64,000 nucleotides of DNA, taken from assembly GCA_003152695.1 (NCBI GenBank), contig PMAT01000031.1:2886-66885 (forward strand), given 5' to 3'. The stretch's first letter is position 1; each line of letters opens with the position of its first letter. The notes below the pieces were generated by a model, which saw nothing but the letters and a program-made list of their open reading frames with translations, had not been told where the DNA came from and made no database searches. Shown piece by piece: positions 55,419 through 64,000 of the stretch. Source of the DNA: Acidobacteriaceae bacterium. Its GTDB lineage: Bacteria > Acidobacteriota > Terriglobia > Terriglobales > Acidobacteriaceae. The translations under genes and the position numbers were made by a program.

Positions 55419-55826
55419 ATGGCGCGTCTGACCGGCGTGCTGGGCATCCTCGCGATCCTGCTGTTTGCCTACCTCTTCTCGACTGACCGGAATGCCATCC
55501 GCTATCGAACGGTATTCGTCGGACTGATCCTGCAATTTGTGTTCGCCATCCTGGTGCTACGCGTGAGTTTCGGCGTGCGCGTCATGACCATCGCGGGCGA
55601 CGCGGTCAACCGGCTGCTCAGCTATTCGTTCGCCGGATCGCAATTCGTCTTTGGCGAGTTCGGGGCTAGGCTGTCCCGCTTCGGCGTGGTCTTCGCCTTC
55701 CAGGTGCTGCCCATTATCATCTTCATCGCCGCGTTCTTCGCCATCCTCTACTACTACGGCGTGATGCAGTTCATCATCCGGCAACTGGCGAAGGTCATGA
55801 TGTGCAGCTGGCTGGTCAGGCCGTAG
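55419..55826 (+). pseudogene. nupC: 5' fragment (about 130 of about 400 codons) of a NupC-family nucleoside transporter
   Basis: LAILLFAYLFSTDRNAIRYRTV..GL.LQF.FA..VL...G and VLPIIIFIAAFFAILYYYGVMQFIIRQLAKVMM align with the first third of NupC. Homology ends near 55802, and the frame stops 8 codons later. Confidence 0.75.
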
Positions 55827-55966
55827 ATTTCATCGCGTGGAAACTCCTTGGTGATTGAATACACGTCGATTACCAAGGCAATTGCCTTCTGCCAGACCAC
55901 CAGTTCGCGGTAACTATGCAAAGGCGCTTTCCTGACGGCATTCTCCTGAGGCGCATTGGTTTCCAT
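55805..55966 (-). pseudogene. 5' fragment of a four-helix-bundle (23S rRNA intervening-sequence-protein-like) gene
   Basis: SYRELVVWQKAIALVIDVYSITKEFPRDEIYGLTSQL matches the family up to the point where ...RRAAVSI.SNIAEG should follow. Instead the frame runs antisense into nupC. Confidence 0.7.
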
Positions 55967-56244
55967 CTATCCACTATCCACTGGCCACTAACCACTGTTT
56001 TGTGCCTTTGCTCACAATCTCTTGTGACTTCCGCACTAGTTCCGGGGCGGGGACAGGCCCATGCTTGACTTTGAGGGGAGTTCTTTCGGCGCTCCAGAGC
56101 CCGTGTGTGTGCCTGTGGAAGGCGCATCTTGATCGCCCATTTACGTTACCGCCCAGCTGCTCTGTTGATAAGCTGCGGCCGTAATCGAGCCGGAATCATT
56201 TTCCCCTACACGCAATCCTTACGTTCATTCATTCGGAGGCCGTC

Positions 56245-58545
56245 ATGGCAATTACTAAGCAGGATGCTCTCGACTACCACTTTGGGTCACGGCCGGGGAA
56301 GATAGAAGTCACTTCCACAAAGCCTTGCCTCACCCAACGCGATCTCAGTCTCGCCTATACACCGGGCGTTGCCGATCCCTGCCTGGAGATCGAGAAGAAC
56401 CCGCAAGATGTATTCAAGTACACCGCCAAGGGCAATCTGGTGGCGGTGGTAACCAACGGGACCGCGGTGCTGGGACTGGGCGACATCGGGGCCCTGGCCG
56501 GCAAGCCGGTCATGGAAGGCAAAGGTGTCCTGTTCAAGAGGTTCGCTGACATCGACGTATTCGACATCGAACTGGACACCCATAATCCCGACGAGATTAT
56601 CAAGACCTGCCAACTTCTGGAACCCACCTTCGGCGGCATCAACCTGGAAGACATCAAAGCGCCGGAGTGCTTTTATATCGAGGAGACGCTCAAAAAGACG
56701 ATGAAGATCCCGGTCTTCCACGACGACCAGCACGGCACCGCGATTATTTCCGGCGCGGCGCTGGTGAACGCGGTGGAAATGACCGGCAAGCGCATGGACC
56801 AGATCAAGATAGTGGTCAACGGCGCCGGCGCGGCTGGCATCGCCTGCGCTGAGCACTATGTCTGCATGGGCGCGAAGCGCGAGAACATTACCCTGGTTGA
56901 CACCAAAGGCGTCATCTACAAAGGCCGCAAGGAAGGGATGAATCCCTACAAGGAGCGGTTCGCGAAAGACACTCCGATGCGCACCCTTGCCGAGGCCGCC
57001 AACGGTGTGGATGTTCTGCTGGGACTTTCCGTTAAGGGCGCTTTCACGCCGGAGATGATCGCGTCGCTGGCACCGCGACCGGTGGTGTTCGCCATGGCCA
57101 ACCCCGATCCGGAGATCACGTACGAGGAAGCCCGCGCGATCCGCGATGACATCATCATGGCGACGGGCCGCTCCGATTATCCAAACCAAGTCAATAACGT
57201 GTTGGGATTCCCCTTCATTTTCCGTGGCGCCCTCGATGTGCACGCGACCACCATCAATGAGGAAATGAAGCTGGCCGCCACCTATGCCCTGGCGGCGCTG
57301 GCGAAAGAAGATGTTCCCGACTCCGTCTGCCGCGCCTACGGTGTAGACACGCTGAAGTTTGGCATTGACTACATCATTCCCAAGCCGTTCGATCCACGCG
57401 TCCTGGTGTGGGAAGCGGCTGCCGTGGCCAAGGCCGCCATGGACACCGGCGTGGCACAAAATCCGGTGAACATCACGGAATACCGCGAGCAGCTTGAGAA
57501 ACGGCTGGGCAAGGCGCACGAACTGATGCGCTCTATGATCCACAAGGCCCAGTGCCATCCTAAGCGCGTGGTCTTCCCCGAGGGCTCGCACCAGAAGATC
57601 CTGCGCGCCTGCCATGTCCTGATCGAGGAAAAGATTGCCGTTCCGATTCTGCTGGGTCGCGCGGAAGAGATCCGGCGCACCGCCACCGAGTTGGGGCTGG
57701 CGCTTAACGGTGTCACCATCGTGGATCCCGAAACCGCCCCACGGCGGCAGGAGTATGTCCGTGAGTTGTATCGCTTGCGGCAGCGTCGCGGTGTAACGCT
57801 GGGATCCGCAGGCGAGCTGATGAACGATCGCAACATCTTCGGCTCCATGATGGTACGCATGGGTGACGCGGATGCCATCGTCTCGGGCGTGACCCAGAAC
57901 TATCCCGACACGATTCGTCCGGCATTGCAGGTGATCGGAGTTCGCGAAGGCATCCACAAGGTCTCGGGTCTATATCTCATCATCACCCGCAAGGGCAAGC
58001 CGTACTTCCTGGCCGATGCCACGGTCAACATTGAACCCACCGCCGAGGACCTGGCAGAGATCGCTCTCTGTGCGGCCGAAGAGGCGCGCCGGTTCGACAT
58101 TGAGCCACGCGTGGCCATGCTCTCCTTCTCCAGTTTCGGCAGCACCAAGCATCCGTTGTGCGACAAGATTCGGCGGGCGACGGAGCTGGTGCGTTACGCC
58201 GACCCCACCCTCATCATCGACGGCGAGGTCCAGAGCGACATCGCGGTCAACGCCAAGAAGATGGAAGCGGCATTCCCCTTCTCCCCGTTACAGGGCGGAG
58301 CCAACGTGCTGATCTTCCCCAATCTGGAAGCCAGCAATATCGCTTGCAAGCTTTTGACCAGCGTCGGCGGCGCAGAAACGGTCGGCCCCATACTTCTGGG
58401 CATGGCAAAGCCGGTGCATCTGCTGGCGCGAGGGGTTGAGGTGGAGGACATCGTCAATATAACCACCATTGCCGTGGTTGACGCACAGGACAGCGTAGTT
58501 CCGGCCGGTTCTCAAGCGGAACGCGCCGTCGCTACGGTCGGCTAA
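56245..58545 (+). CDS. maeB: NADP-dependent malic enzyme (malic enzyme plus PTA-like domain)
   Basis: [36 protein letters not shown] and NGAGAAG motifs. C-terminal phosphate acetyltransferase-like domain. 766 aa. Confidence 0.93.
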   Translation: MAITKQDALDYHFGSRPGKIEVTSTKPCLTQRDLSLAYTPGVADPCLEIEKNPQDVFKYTAKGNLVAVVTNGTAVLGLGDIGALAGKPVMEGKGVLFKRFADIDVFDIELDTHNPDEIIKTCQLLEPTFGGINLEDIKAPECFYIEETLKKTMKIPVFHDDQHGTAIISGAALVNAVEMTGKRMDQIKIVVNGAGAAGIACAEHYVCMGAKRENITLVDTKGVIYKGRKEGMNPYKERFAKDTPMRTLAEAANGVDVLLGLSVKGAFTPEMIASLAPRPVVFAMANPDPEITYEEARAIRDDIIMATGRSDYPNQVNNVLGFPFIFRGALDVHATTINEEMKLAATYALAALAKEDVPDSVCRAYGVDTLKFGIDYIIPKPFDPRVLVWEAAAVAKAAMDTGVAQNPVNITEYREQLEKRLGKAHELMRSMIHKAQCHPKRVVFPEGSHQKILRACHVLIEEKIAVPILLGRAEEIRRTATELGLALNGVTIVDPETAPRRQEYVRELYRLRQRRGVTLGSAGELMNDRNIFGSMMVRMGDADAIVSGVTQNYPDTIRPALQVIGVREGIHKVSGLYLIITRKGKPYFLADATVNIEPTAEDLAEIALCAAEEARRFDIEPRVAMLSFSSFGSTKHPLCDKIRRATELVRYADPTLIIDGEVQSDIAVNAKKMEAAFPFSPLQGGANVLIFPNLEASNIACKLLTSVGGAETVGPILLGMAKPVHLLARGVEVEDIVNITTIAVVDAQDSVVPAGSQAERAVATVG

Positions 58546-58575
58546 GGCCGATCCACAAACTGCAGGAACCGCAAG

Positions 58576-58607
58576 AGGCGCGCCAGCAATGGCGCGCCTT
58601 GGTTTTT
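58576..58607 (+). terminator. rho-independent terminator
   Basis: aggcgcgcc-agcaat-ggcgcgcct followed by tggttttt. Starts 30 nt after the maeB stop. Confidence 0.8.
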
Positions 58608-58685
58608 CATGGACATCTATTTCTCATAGCCCACATACGTCGCCGTATTGAAGTAACGCAGGACTGCCGATGAACACCAGCGCAT

Positions 58686-60230
58686 TTAATAATTGGCGGA
58701 ATGCGGGGGCGCGGGGACGTCATTGCGTACGTAAATCGAGTACTCTTTGTTGTCGAAGATCAGATAATATTGGCTGCGCAATTTGCGTCGGGAAAACTCC
58801 CACGCAAGTTTTAGGCGGGGCGTACGCGCCCAATGCGGCCCGTAGTATCCATTTACCACGAACACCTCCGGTGTTTCGCCAGAGAAAAAACCAAGATATC
58901 GATCATCAATGAGCGGCGGACCAAAGCCTAATGCAAAACCGAGTTCAGATCCGCCCATAACGAGCCCGCCTGGAGGCAAAGAGCGTTGAACGAGCGCAAC
59001 CACAGGCTTGTATGAATTGCGATAGCTATTTGCATGGATCCTATATCCCACCGCGCAAATCGTCACAAGAACATAAGCGCCAAGAAGCACCGATGCTAAC
59101 GACCGGCCAAGGCTGCCTCCGTGCCAGCGGTCGTGCACCCAGACCGCCGCACAGGCTGTTAAGAAGGGGACAGTGAATATGAGATAGTTGACGTACTTCT
59201 CATTGTCAACAACTGCAAGACCCACGTAGGCAATAAAGGCCAAAACCAGCAGACGCTTCGCTACCGGTTGAGCCCGAAGATTCCGGTCGGCCAGCAGGCC
59301 CACCACTCCAATAGCCAGAAAAACCAGAGCTGCACTCTTCAGCTTGAAGAAGCCGGTGTAGGCCCCGTAATAGTAGCGGATATATCGTTGATTCGCGTCA
59401 TTGAGCACGTTGCGCAGGATTGCTGAAAATCCACTGACTCTGTAACCCCAAGCAGCCCTACTCTGCGCCAGGAAGATATCAGGGGCCCTCTGAATGTAGA
59501 GGAGGTAGAAAGATATTCCGATCAAGTAAGGTAGGCTGGCGCCCACAAGAATACTCAACCTGATCCTCCGCCAATCCCACAACACCATGGCAGCTATTGC
59601 AACATTCATGACCGCACCCACGGGATGACAAAACAGCGAGGCGGCCCCAAACCACGACGCAAGGATCACTCCACGGGCCCAGTGCGAGTCTCGATACCAG
59701 AAGTAGCTCGCCAATCCGGCCAGGCCCAAGGCGGCACACATCATATCCATTCGGCCATAGGAAGCTTTGACGACCGATTCGTAACCGAGAGCGATCACCG
59801 AAGCCACAAGCAGAGCAAGCGATTCATTGCGACTTAGCGCTTTCACCAACACAAACCATGAGACAACAAAGATACAGCCCCACATCACAGAGAACAGCCT
59901 CATCCAGACCACGGTGACGGGGGCAAGCCTGAACCAGGATCCAAGCGCTATGAGGTATAGAGGGCATTGCCAGTAGGTGTATTGGTGAACCCCAGGCCAT
60001 TCCATGAAACCATAAGGTGCAAGCACGGAACTGCCTAGATGGCCAAAGTTCCGGAAATTGAGCGCAATATCCGCAAACAAACCTTCATCCCACCAGGGAG
60101 ACCGGGTCAGAGAAAGGCCAATACTTAATCCTACAAAAAGTAGCATGGCGCCGCCGGCAGCTACCCAGTGAGCGCGAGAAGCAGGCACAAATGGTTGTGA
60201 CTCTGCACCACGATAAATCTGTACTGACAT
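58686..60230 (-). CDS. GT-C-fold membrane glycosyltransferase (ArnT/PMT, GT39/GT83-like)
   Basis: 514 aa with about 11-12 TM helices. WWDEG acidic motif in the first loop. Soluble C-terminal domain. Lower GC than its neighbours. Confidence 0.6.
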   Translation of the reverse strand: MSVQIYRGAESQPFVPASRAHWVAAGGAMLLFVGLSIGLSLTRSPWWDEGLFADIALNFRNFGHLGSSVLAPYGFMEWPGVHQYTYWQCPLYLIALGSWFRLAPVTVVWMRLFSVMWGCIFVVSWFVLVKALSRNESLALLVASVIALGYESVVKASYGRMDMMCAALGLAGLASYFWYRDSHWARGVILASWFGAASLFCHPVGAVMNVAIAAMVLWDWRRIRLSILVGASLPYLIGISFYLLYIQRAPDIFLAQSRAAWGYRVSGFSAILRNVLNDANQRYIRYYYGAYTGFFKLKSAALVFLAIGVVGLLADRNLRAQPVAKRLLVLAFIAYVGLAVVDNEKYVNYLIFTVPFLTACAAVWVHDRWHGGSLGRSLASVLLGAYVLVTICAVGYRIHANSYRNSYKPVVALVQRSLPPGGLVMGGSELGFALGFGPPLIDDRYLGFFSGETPEVFVVNGYYGPHWARTPRLKLAWEFSRRKLRSQYYLIFDNKEYSIYVRNDVPAPPHSANY

Positions 60231-60601
60231 GTTCGATCTGCTCGCTCGTAGATGCGGCGAGATAAGCGGCGAAATCCCTGCTCATCGTAGCACCGACGCT
60301 GCCGCTTCTAAACCGGAATTTTCCTTTCAATTCTCAACCAACTGGCATCCGGTGTTGGGGGGAGCACGCCCTTTAGGCGTGCGCCAGGGTCTACAGCAAT
60401 TCCAGAATTCCTGACCAAGGGTGCAAGAAGGACGAGGCTTGAGCCGAATTCAACCGCAAGCCTCAAATACACCACTGAAGCGGCGCTCCCCCGGATACGC
60501 CAACTCAGAATTTGTTTCTAGCTGGCAATGGGTGCGCCGAACCTAACTTGGCCGGTTCCGGGGCTGCCATGCCGACAACCAAGAGCTTGGTATGATGGCC
60601 G

Positions 60602-61291
60602 GTGGCCAAACCCACGGCGCGCGGCAAGTTCATCACCTTCGAAGGGCTCGACGGTTGCGGCAAGTCCACGCAAGTGGAGAAGCTCGCTGCGGTTTTGCGC
60701 CAGCACGGAGTTGACATAGTCACGACACGCGAACCGGGAGGCACGATTATCGGCGAGCGCATCCGCGCGGTGCTGCTGGACTCCCGCACCGCCGGCCTGG
60801 ATCCCCACGCCGAGATGGCACTGATGTTTGCCGCGCGCGCGCAACTGATCGCCGAGGTGATCGCGCCCGCGCTCGAAGCAGGTCGGTGGGTGCTGTGCGA
60901 TCGCTTCACCGATTCCACCGAAGCCTACCAGGGTGGGGGACGGCAGCTGGGCAGCGACGCCGTGCTGCAGTTGCACAGGGCGCTCTGTGGCCGATTGTGG
61001 CCCGATCTCACCATCCTGATGGACTCTGACGTTAGCTCCAGCGTCGGGCGCGCCCGCCGCCGCAACCTGGCTGCCAGGGAGGACACACCGGACGAGAACC
61101 GCTTCGAGAAAGAGAGTTACGCTTTCTTTACCCGGGTGCGCGATGCCTTTCTGGAGATCGCCAGGCGCGAGCCGCAACGGGTTGTTCTGGTGGACGCCCG
61201 ACCGCCGCTGGAAATCGTGCATCCACAAATCGTGCGCCTGGTCTTCGAGCGGTTGCTCGACACTGGGGACAAGAAAGCAACACTTGCATAA
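60602..61291 (+). CDS. tmk: thymidylate kinase
   Basis: GKFITFEGLDGCGKSTQ, TREPGGT and DRF..S..AYQG motifs. GTG start. Confidence 0.92.
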   Translation: MAKPTARGKFITFEGLDGCGKSTQVEKLAAVLRQHGVDIVTTREPGGTIIGERIRAVLLDSRTAGLDPHAEMALMFAARAQLIAEVIAPALEAGRWVLCDRFTDSTEAYQGGGRQLGSDAVLQLHRALCGRLWPDLTILMDSDVSSSVGRARRRNLAAREDTPDENRFEKESYAFFTRVRDAFLEIARREPQRVVLVDARPPLEIVHPQIVRLVFERLLDTGDKKATLA

Positions 61292-61296
61292 ACCAT

Positions 61297-62391
61297 ATGC
61301 CATTCTCTGATTTTCATGGCAACGCCGAAGTGGTCCACGACATGCGCCAGATGCTGGCGCACCAACACTTCCCGCACGCCATAATCCTCTCGGGCCCGCA
61401 GGGTTCCGGCAAGTTCACGCTGAGTCAAATGGTTGCGAAAGCGATGAACTGTCTGCAGCAACCTCGCACCGATGGGCTGCCGGATTTCTGCGGTCAGTGC
61501 AGCAACTGCGTCCGCATCGCCGAGGCCGATGCCCTGGAAGAGCGCTTTGCCGAGGCGGTGGAAGCGCGCGAGAACCTGCGCGAGGCCGACAAGCGCGACA
61601 CTCGCCTGTTCGTTCAGACCCATCCCGACGTGCTGATCATCCCGCCCGACCCGCCGCAGATGCTGGTGAAGGTGGACCAGGTCCGCCACGTCATTCACGA
61701 GATCTACTACAAGCCCGTGGAAGGCCGTGAACGCGTTTATATCTTCAGCGACGCCGAGTTCATGAAGGAAGCGGCCAACTCGCTGCTGAAAATTCTGGAA
61801 GAGCCGCCGCAATTCGCCACCCTGTTTCTGCTGACCGACAATCCCGCCGCCCTACTGCCCACAATTCGGTCGCGCTGCATGCACTTGCGGCTGGCGCCGG
61901 TTGGCGCTGCTGAAGTCGAACAGTATCTCGCCGCGGTGCGTCCGGAATGGAAGACTCGCGAACGGGCGCTGGTGGCGCGGGTTTGCGGCGGAGGCCTGGG
62001 CCGCGCCCGCAGCTTCGATCTGGCCGCCTATGTGGCCGCGCGTCAGGACGCGCTGGCGCTGCTGGCCCCCGCGATGGGGAGCGCCGACCACAGCGCGCTG
62101 TTCCGCGTGACCGATGCCTATCGCGCCGGCGCCGATGGCAAGACCAAGACGGAGCGGTTGGTCCGGACGCTCTATTCCCTGCTGGAGGATCTGCTGTTCC
62201 TGAAGTCGGGGACCCCGGAGTTGCTGCGCAACCAGGATCTGCAGGCGGAGCTGGATAAGATGTCGTCGCAGGTTGAGTTTGCCTGGATTGTGAGCGCGAC
62301 GCAGCGGCTGGGAGAACTGGAGAGCGGTATGCGCAGGAATTTGCTACGCTCGCTGGCTCTCGATACCTTTGCGACATCGCTGGAGCGCTGA
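61297..62391 (+). CDS. holB: DNA polymerase III subunit delta'
   Basis: HAIILSGPQGSGKFTL, Zn module CGQCSNCVRI, SLLKILEEPP and TIRSRC motifs. Confidence 0.88.
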   Translation: MPFSDFHGNAEVVHDMRQMLAHQHFPHAIILSGPQGSGKFTLSQMVAKAMNCLQQPRTDGLPDFCGQCSNCVRIAEADALEERFAEAVEARENLREADKRDTRLFVQTHPDVLIIPPDPPQMLVKVDQVRHVIHEIYYKPVEGRERVYIFSDAEFMKEAANSLLKILEEPPQFATLFLLTDNPAALLPTIRSRCMHLRLAPVGAAEVEQYLAAVRPEWKTRERALVARVCGGGLGRARSFDLAAYVAARQDALALLAPAMGSADHSALFRVTDAYRAGADGKTKTERLVRTLYSLLEDLLFLKSGTPELLRNQDLQAELDKMSSQVEFAWIVSATQRLGELESGMRRNLLRSLALDTFATSLER

Positions 62392-62574
62392 CTTGCGCCA
62401 TGCGGCCATGACCCCAAAGTAGTATCCACAGGCAGAATGGATTGTTTTGCGGAATCGGCTGTGTTAGGGTATCTGCAAGTTCACACCTTTAACAGCCTGG
62501 GACCATTCAAGCCAGAGTGCCCGCGACCCCTGCATTGAGTTCACGCTTGAGTTGGCGGCCTCCGTAAGGCTGGT

Positions 62575-63009
62575 GTGCAAACCACCATAGGAGCAAACTC
62601 CATGAAAGATTCCATGGACTCCACCGCCGTGGGCCGCGCGCTCGACTCTGAAGTGTTTGCCAACCGCAAGCTGATTCGTCCCGCCCTCAACCGCAACGAC
62701 CATCCGCGCCAGGAGGCCCCTGAGCGCCGGCAGCGTAGCGAGCGCCCCAGCGCGGTGAATGGCGGCAAGAAGACCCCGCCGCCGGAGCAGACCCATGCCG
62801 AGAATTTCTACTACCAGAAGCAGATGCAGACCAAGACGCCGATGGTCCTGGTTCTGCACGACGGCGAACAGATTCACGGCGTCATCGAGTGGTACGACAA
62901 ATACTGCCTGAAAGTGAACCGCAACGGCGCCACCAATCTGCTGATCTACAAACCCAGCATCAAATACATGTACAAGGAAAGCGAAGCGGGAAGCACGGGC
63001 AGGGGCTAG
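62575..63009 (+). CDS. Sm-fold, Hfq-like protein with a long basic N-terminal extension
   Basis: The C-terminal 65 aa read ENFYYQKQMQTKTPMVLVLHDGEQIHGVIEWYDKYCLKVNRNGATNLLIYKPSIKYMYK. This parallels Hfq Sm1 (V.I.L.NG..L.G.I..FD.F...L) and Sm2 (.YKHAI). The start is uncertain (alternatives at 62602 and 62614). Confidence 0.55.
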   Translation: MQTTIGANSMKDSMDSTAVGRALDSEVFANRKLIRPALNRNDHPRQEAPERRQRSERPSAVNGGKKTPPPEQTHAENFYYQKQMQTKTPMVLVLHDGEQIHGVIEWYDKYCLKVNRNGATNLLIYKPSIKYMYKESEAGSTGRG

Positions 63010-63274
63010 GGGGTCAGGGGCCAGTAGTTAGTGGATAGCGGTCAGCGGTCACAACTCAGCGATCTAGTTTGGCTCTGTCATCCCGACCGAGGCCGCCGCG
63101 ACGGCCAAGTGGAGGACCTGCTTTTTCCGCCAGCTTTCAACCGTTAGCATCCAGGCCGTCATCCTAATCGCGTTCGAGCCGAAGAGCCCGCCCCGAGCGA
63201 AGCTGGGGGGACCCCTACACCGCTAACGAACCACGCTGCTTACTATCCACTACCCACTGATCACTATCCACTGG
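63003..63274. repeat. nested repeat block (word repeats outside, degenerate gtcatcc arms inside)
   Basis: ccagtagttagtggatagcggtcag (63022-63046) is roughly the reverse complement of ctatccactacccactg...cactatccactgg (63243-63274). Inside lie gtcatcccgaccgaggccgcc... (63077-) and gtcatcctaatcgcgttcgagccgaag... (63158-). Confidence 0.8.
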
Positions 63275-63303
63275 TTGACAATGTGGCCGGGCTTCACTAG
63301 GAT
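63275..63303 (+). promoter_or_regulatory. candidate sigma-70 promoter
   Basis: TTGACA-17 nt-TAGGAT, about 130 nt upstream of the IHF/HU start. Confidence 0.45.
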
Positions 63304-63431
63304 TCGCGCATCGGCTGGTAACTCGAAGTCATCCTGAGACTTACGGAAAACGGGGCGAGTCGTTTACAATCGCATAAGTTGCCGCAGTCTGGGTTGTTCT
63401 GTCCCTGCGAGCGGAGATAGCGGAGCCACTT

Positions 63432-63701
63432 GTGATCAAATTGGATCTGATCAACGAAGTCGTCACCAAGACCGGTGTCACCAAGACCAAGGCCGAAACC
63501 GCGGTGGAAACCGTATTTGAGAGCATGAAGAAGGCGCTGGCGCGCGGCGATCGCATCGAGTTGCGCGGCTTCGGCGTCTTCACCGTGCGGCCGCGCAAGA
63601 CCGGCATTGGACGCAACCCGCGCACCGGCGCCGAGGTCAATATTCCCCCCGGCAAAGCGGTTCGCTTTAAGCCTGGCAAGGAACTGCAATCGATCGAGTA
63701 G
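63432..63701 (+). CDS. integration host factor / HU-family DNA-binding protein
   Basis: 89 aa with a GTG start. Motifs K..L......T..TK..A......F..M..AL..G.RIELRGFG.F.VR.R..R.GRNP.TG..V.I....V.FKPGK.L. Confidence 0.9.
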   Translation: MIKLDLINEVVTKTGVTKTKAETAVETVFESMKKALARGDRIELRGFGVFTVRPRKTGIGRNPRTGAEVNIPPGKAVRFKPGKELQSIE

Positions 63702-63827
63702 CGGCTCCGGCCAGGCACTCGGCATCGCCCAATGCCGCGGCGCGGAACCTGCGCGCCCGCGGCTTCAACCGGAGGCGCGCGCCGGTCGTTGGTATTCCCC
63801 GCGCTTCGGCTATCATCCAAATACACG

Positions 63828-64000
63828 ATGTCTGATCCCACGCCTCCGATCTCTTACACATTCGAAGTGCCGGCCCGTCCACCGGTCTATATCGTCGCTC
63901 CCCGGCCGCGGCGGCCGTACTGGCTGCACATCTTGTTGCTGCTGATCACGCTGGTTACAACGCTCATCGTGGGAGCGCGGTTGGAAGACAACTTTCTGCA
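63828..64000 (+). CDS. membrane protein, 5' partial (possibly a site-2 protease / M50 family)
   Basis: ATG 63828 opens a frame that stays open to the window edge: MSDPTPPISYTFEV...RRPYWLHILLLLITLVTTLIVGARLEDNFL. The N-terminal pattern resembles acidobacterial S2P proteins, but the HExxH region is outside the window. Confidence 0.35.
   Translation, partial: MSDPTPPISYTFEVPARPPVYIVAPRPRRPYWLHILLLLITLVTTLIVGARLEDNFL

Overview
This 64-kb window looks like chromosomal DNA from a high-GC Gram-negative bacterium. Hand counts of single 60-nt lines give about 58-72% GC in core genes. The gene content suggests an Acidobacteriota-like soil organism, but that is inference only: two sigma-54 enhancer-binding response regulators, lpxD and an lpxL-like gene, a PEP-CTERM protein, BNR propellers, and very characteristic intergenic repeats. 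I call about 55 protein genes. They include dinB, alaS, rlpA, rarA, tsaC, lpxD, purS, glmS, hpt, deoC, maeB, tmk, holB, ku and an IHF/HU gene. There is one tRNA-Leu(CAG). I saw no rRNA, CRISPR array, transposase or integrase. Many long ORFs in the six-frame track are antisense shadow ORFs typical of high-GC DNA and are not called. The window stands out in three ways. (1) Three interlocking intergenic repeat families are very dense. In one case a small GIY-YIG nuclease gene sits in the loop of a nested palindrome, and a gene-less twin of that palindrome lies 18 kb away. (2) A lower-GC accessory patch at about 47.3-54.0 kb carries a PEP-CTERM protein, gene remnants, a DUF2844/DUF3443 pair and a solitary transmembrane KAP P-loop NTPase. 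The larger protein of the pair shows all three pepsin-type aspartic-protease motifs. (3) Several atypical signalling or housekeeping architectures occur: a DHp-only protein coupled to an NtrC regulator, a DksA-finger-SpoIIE fusion, a mosaic low-GC core in alaS, an Hfq-like Sm protein, and a nupC / four-helix-bundle deletion scar. All family names come from my own recognition of motifs. Nothing was searched against a database.
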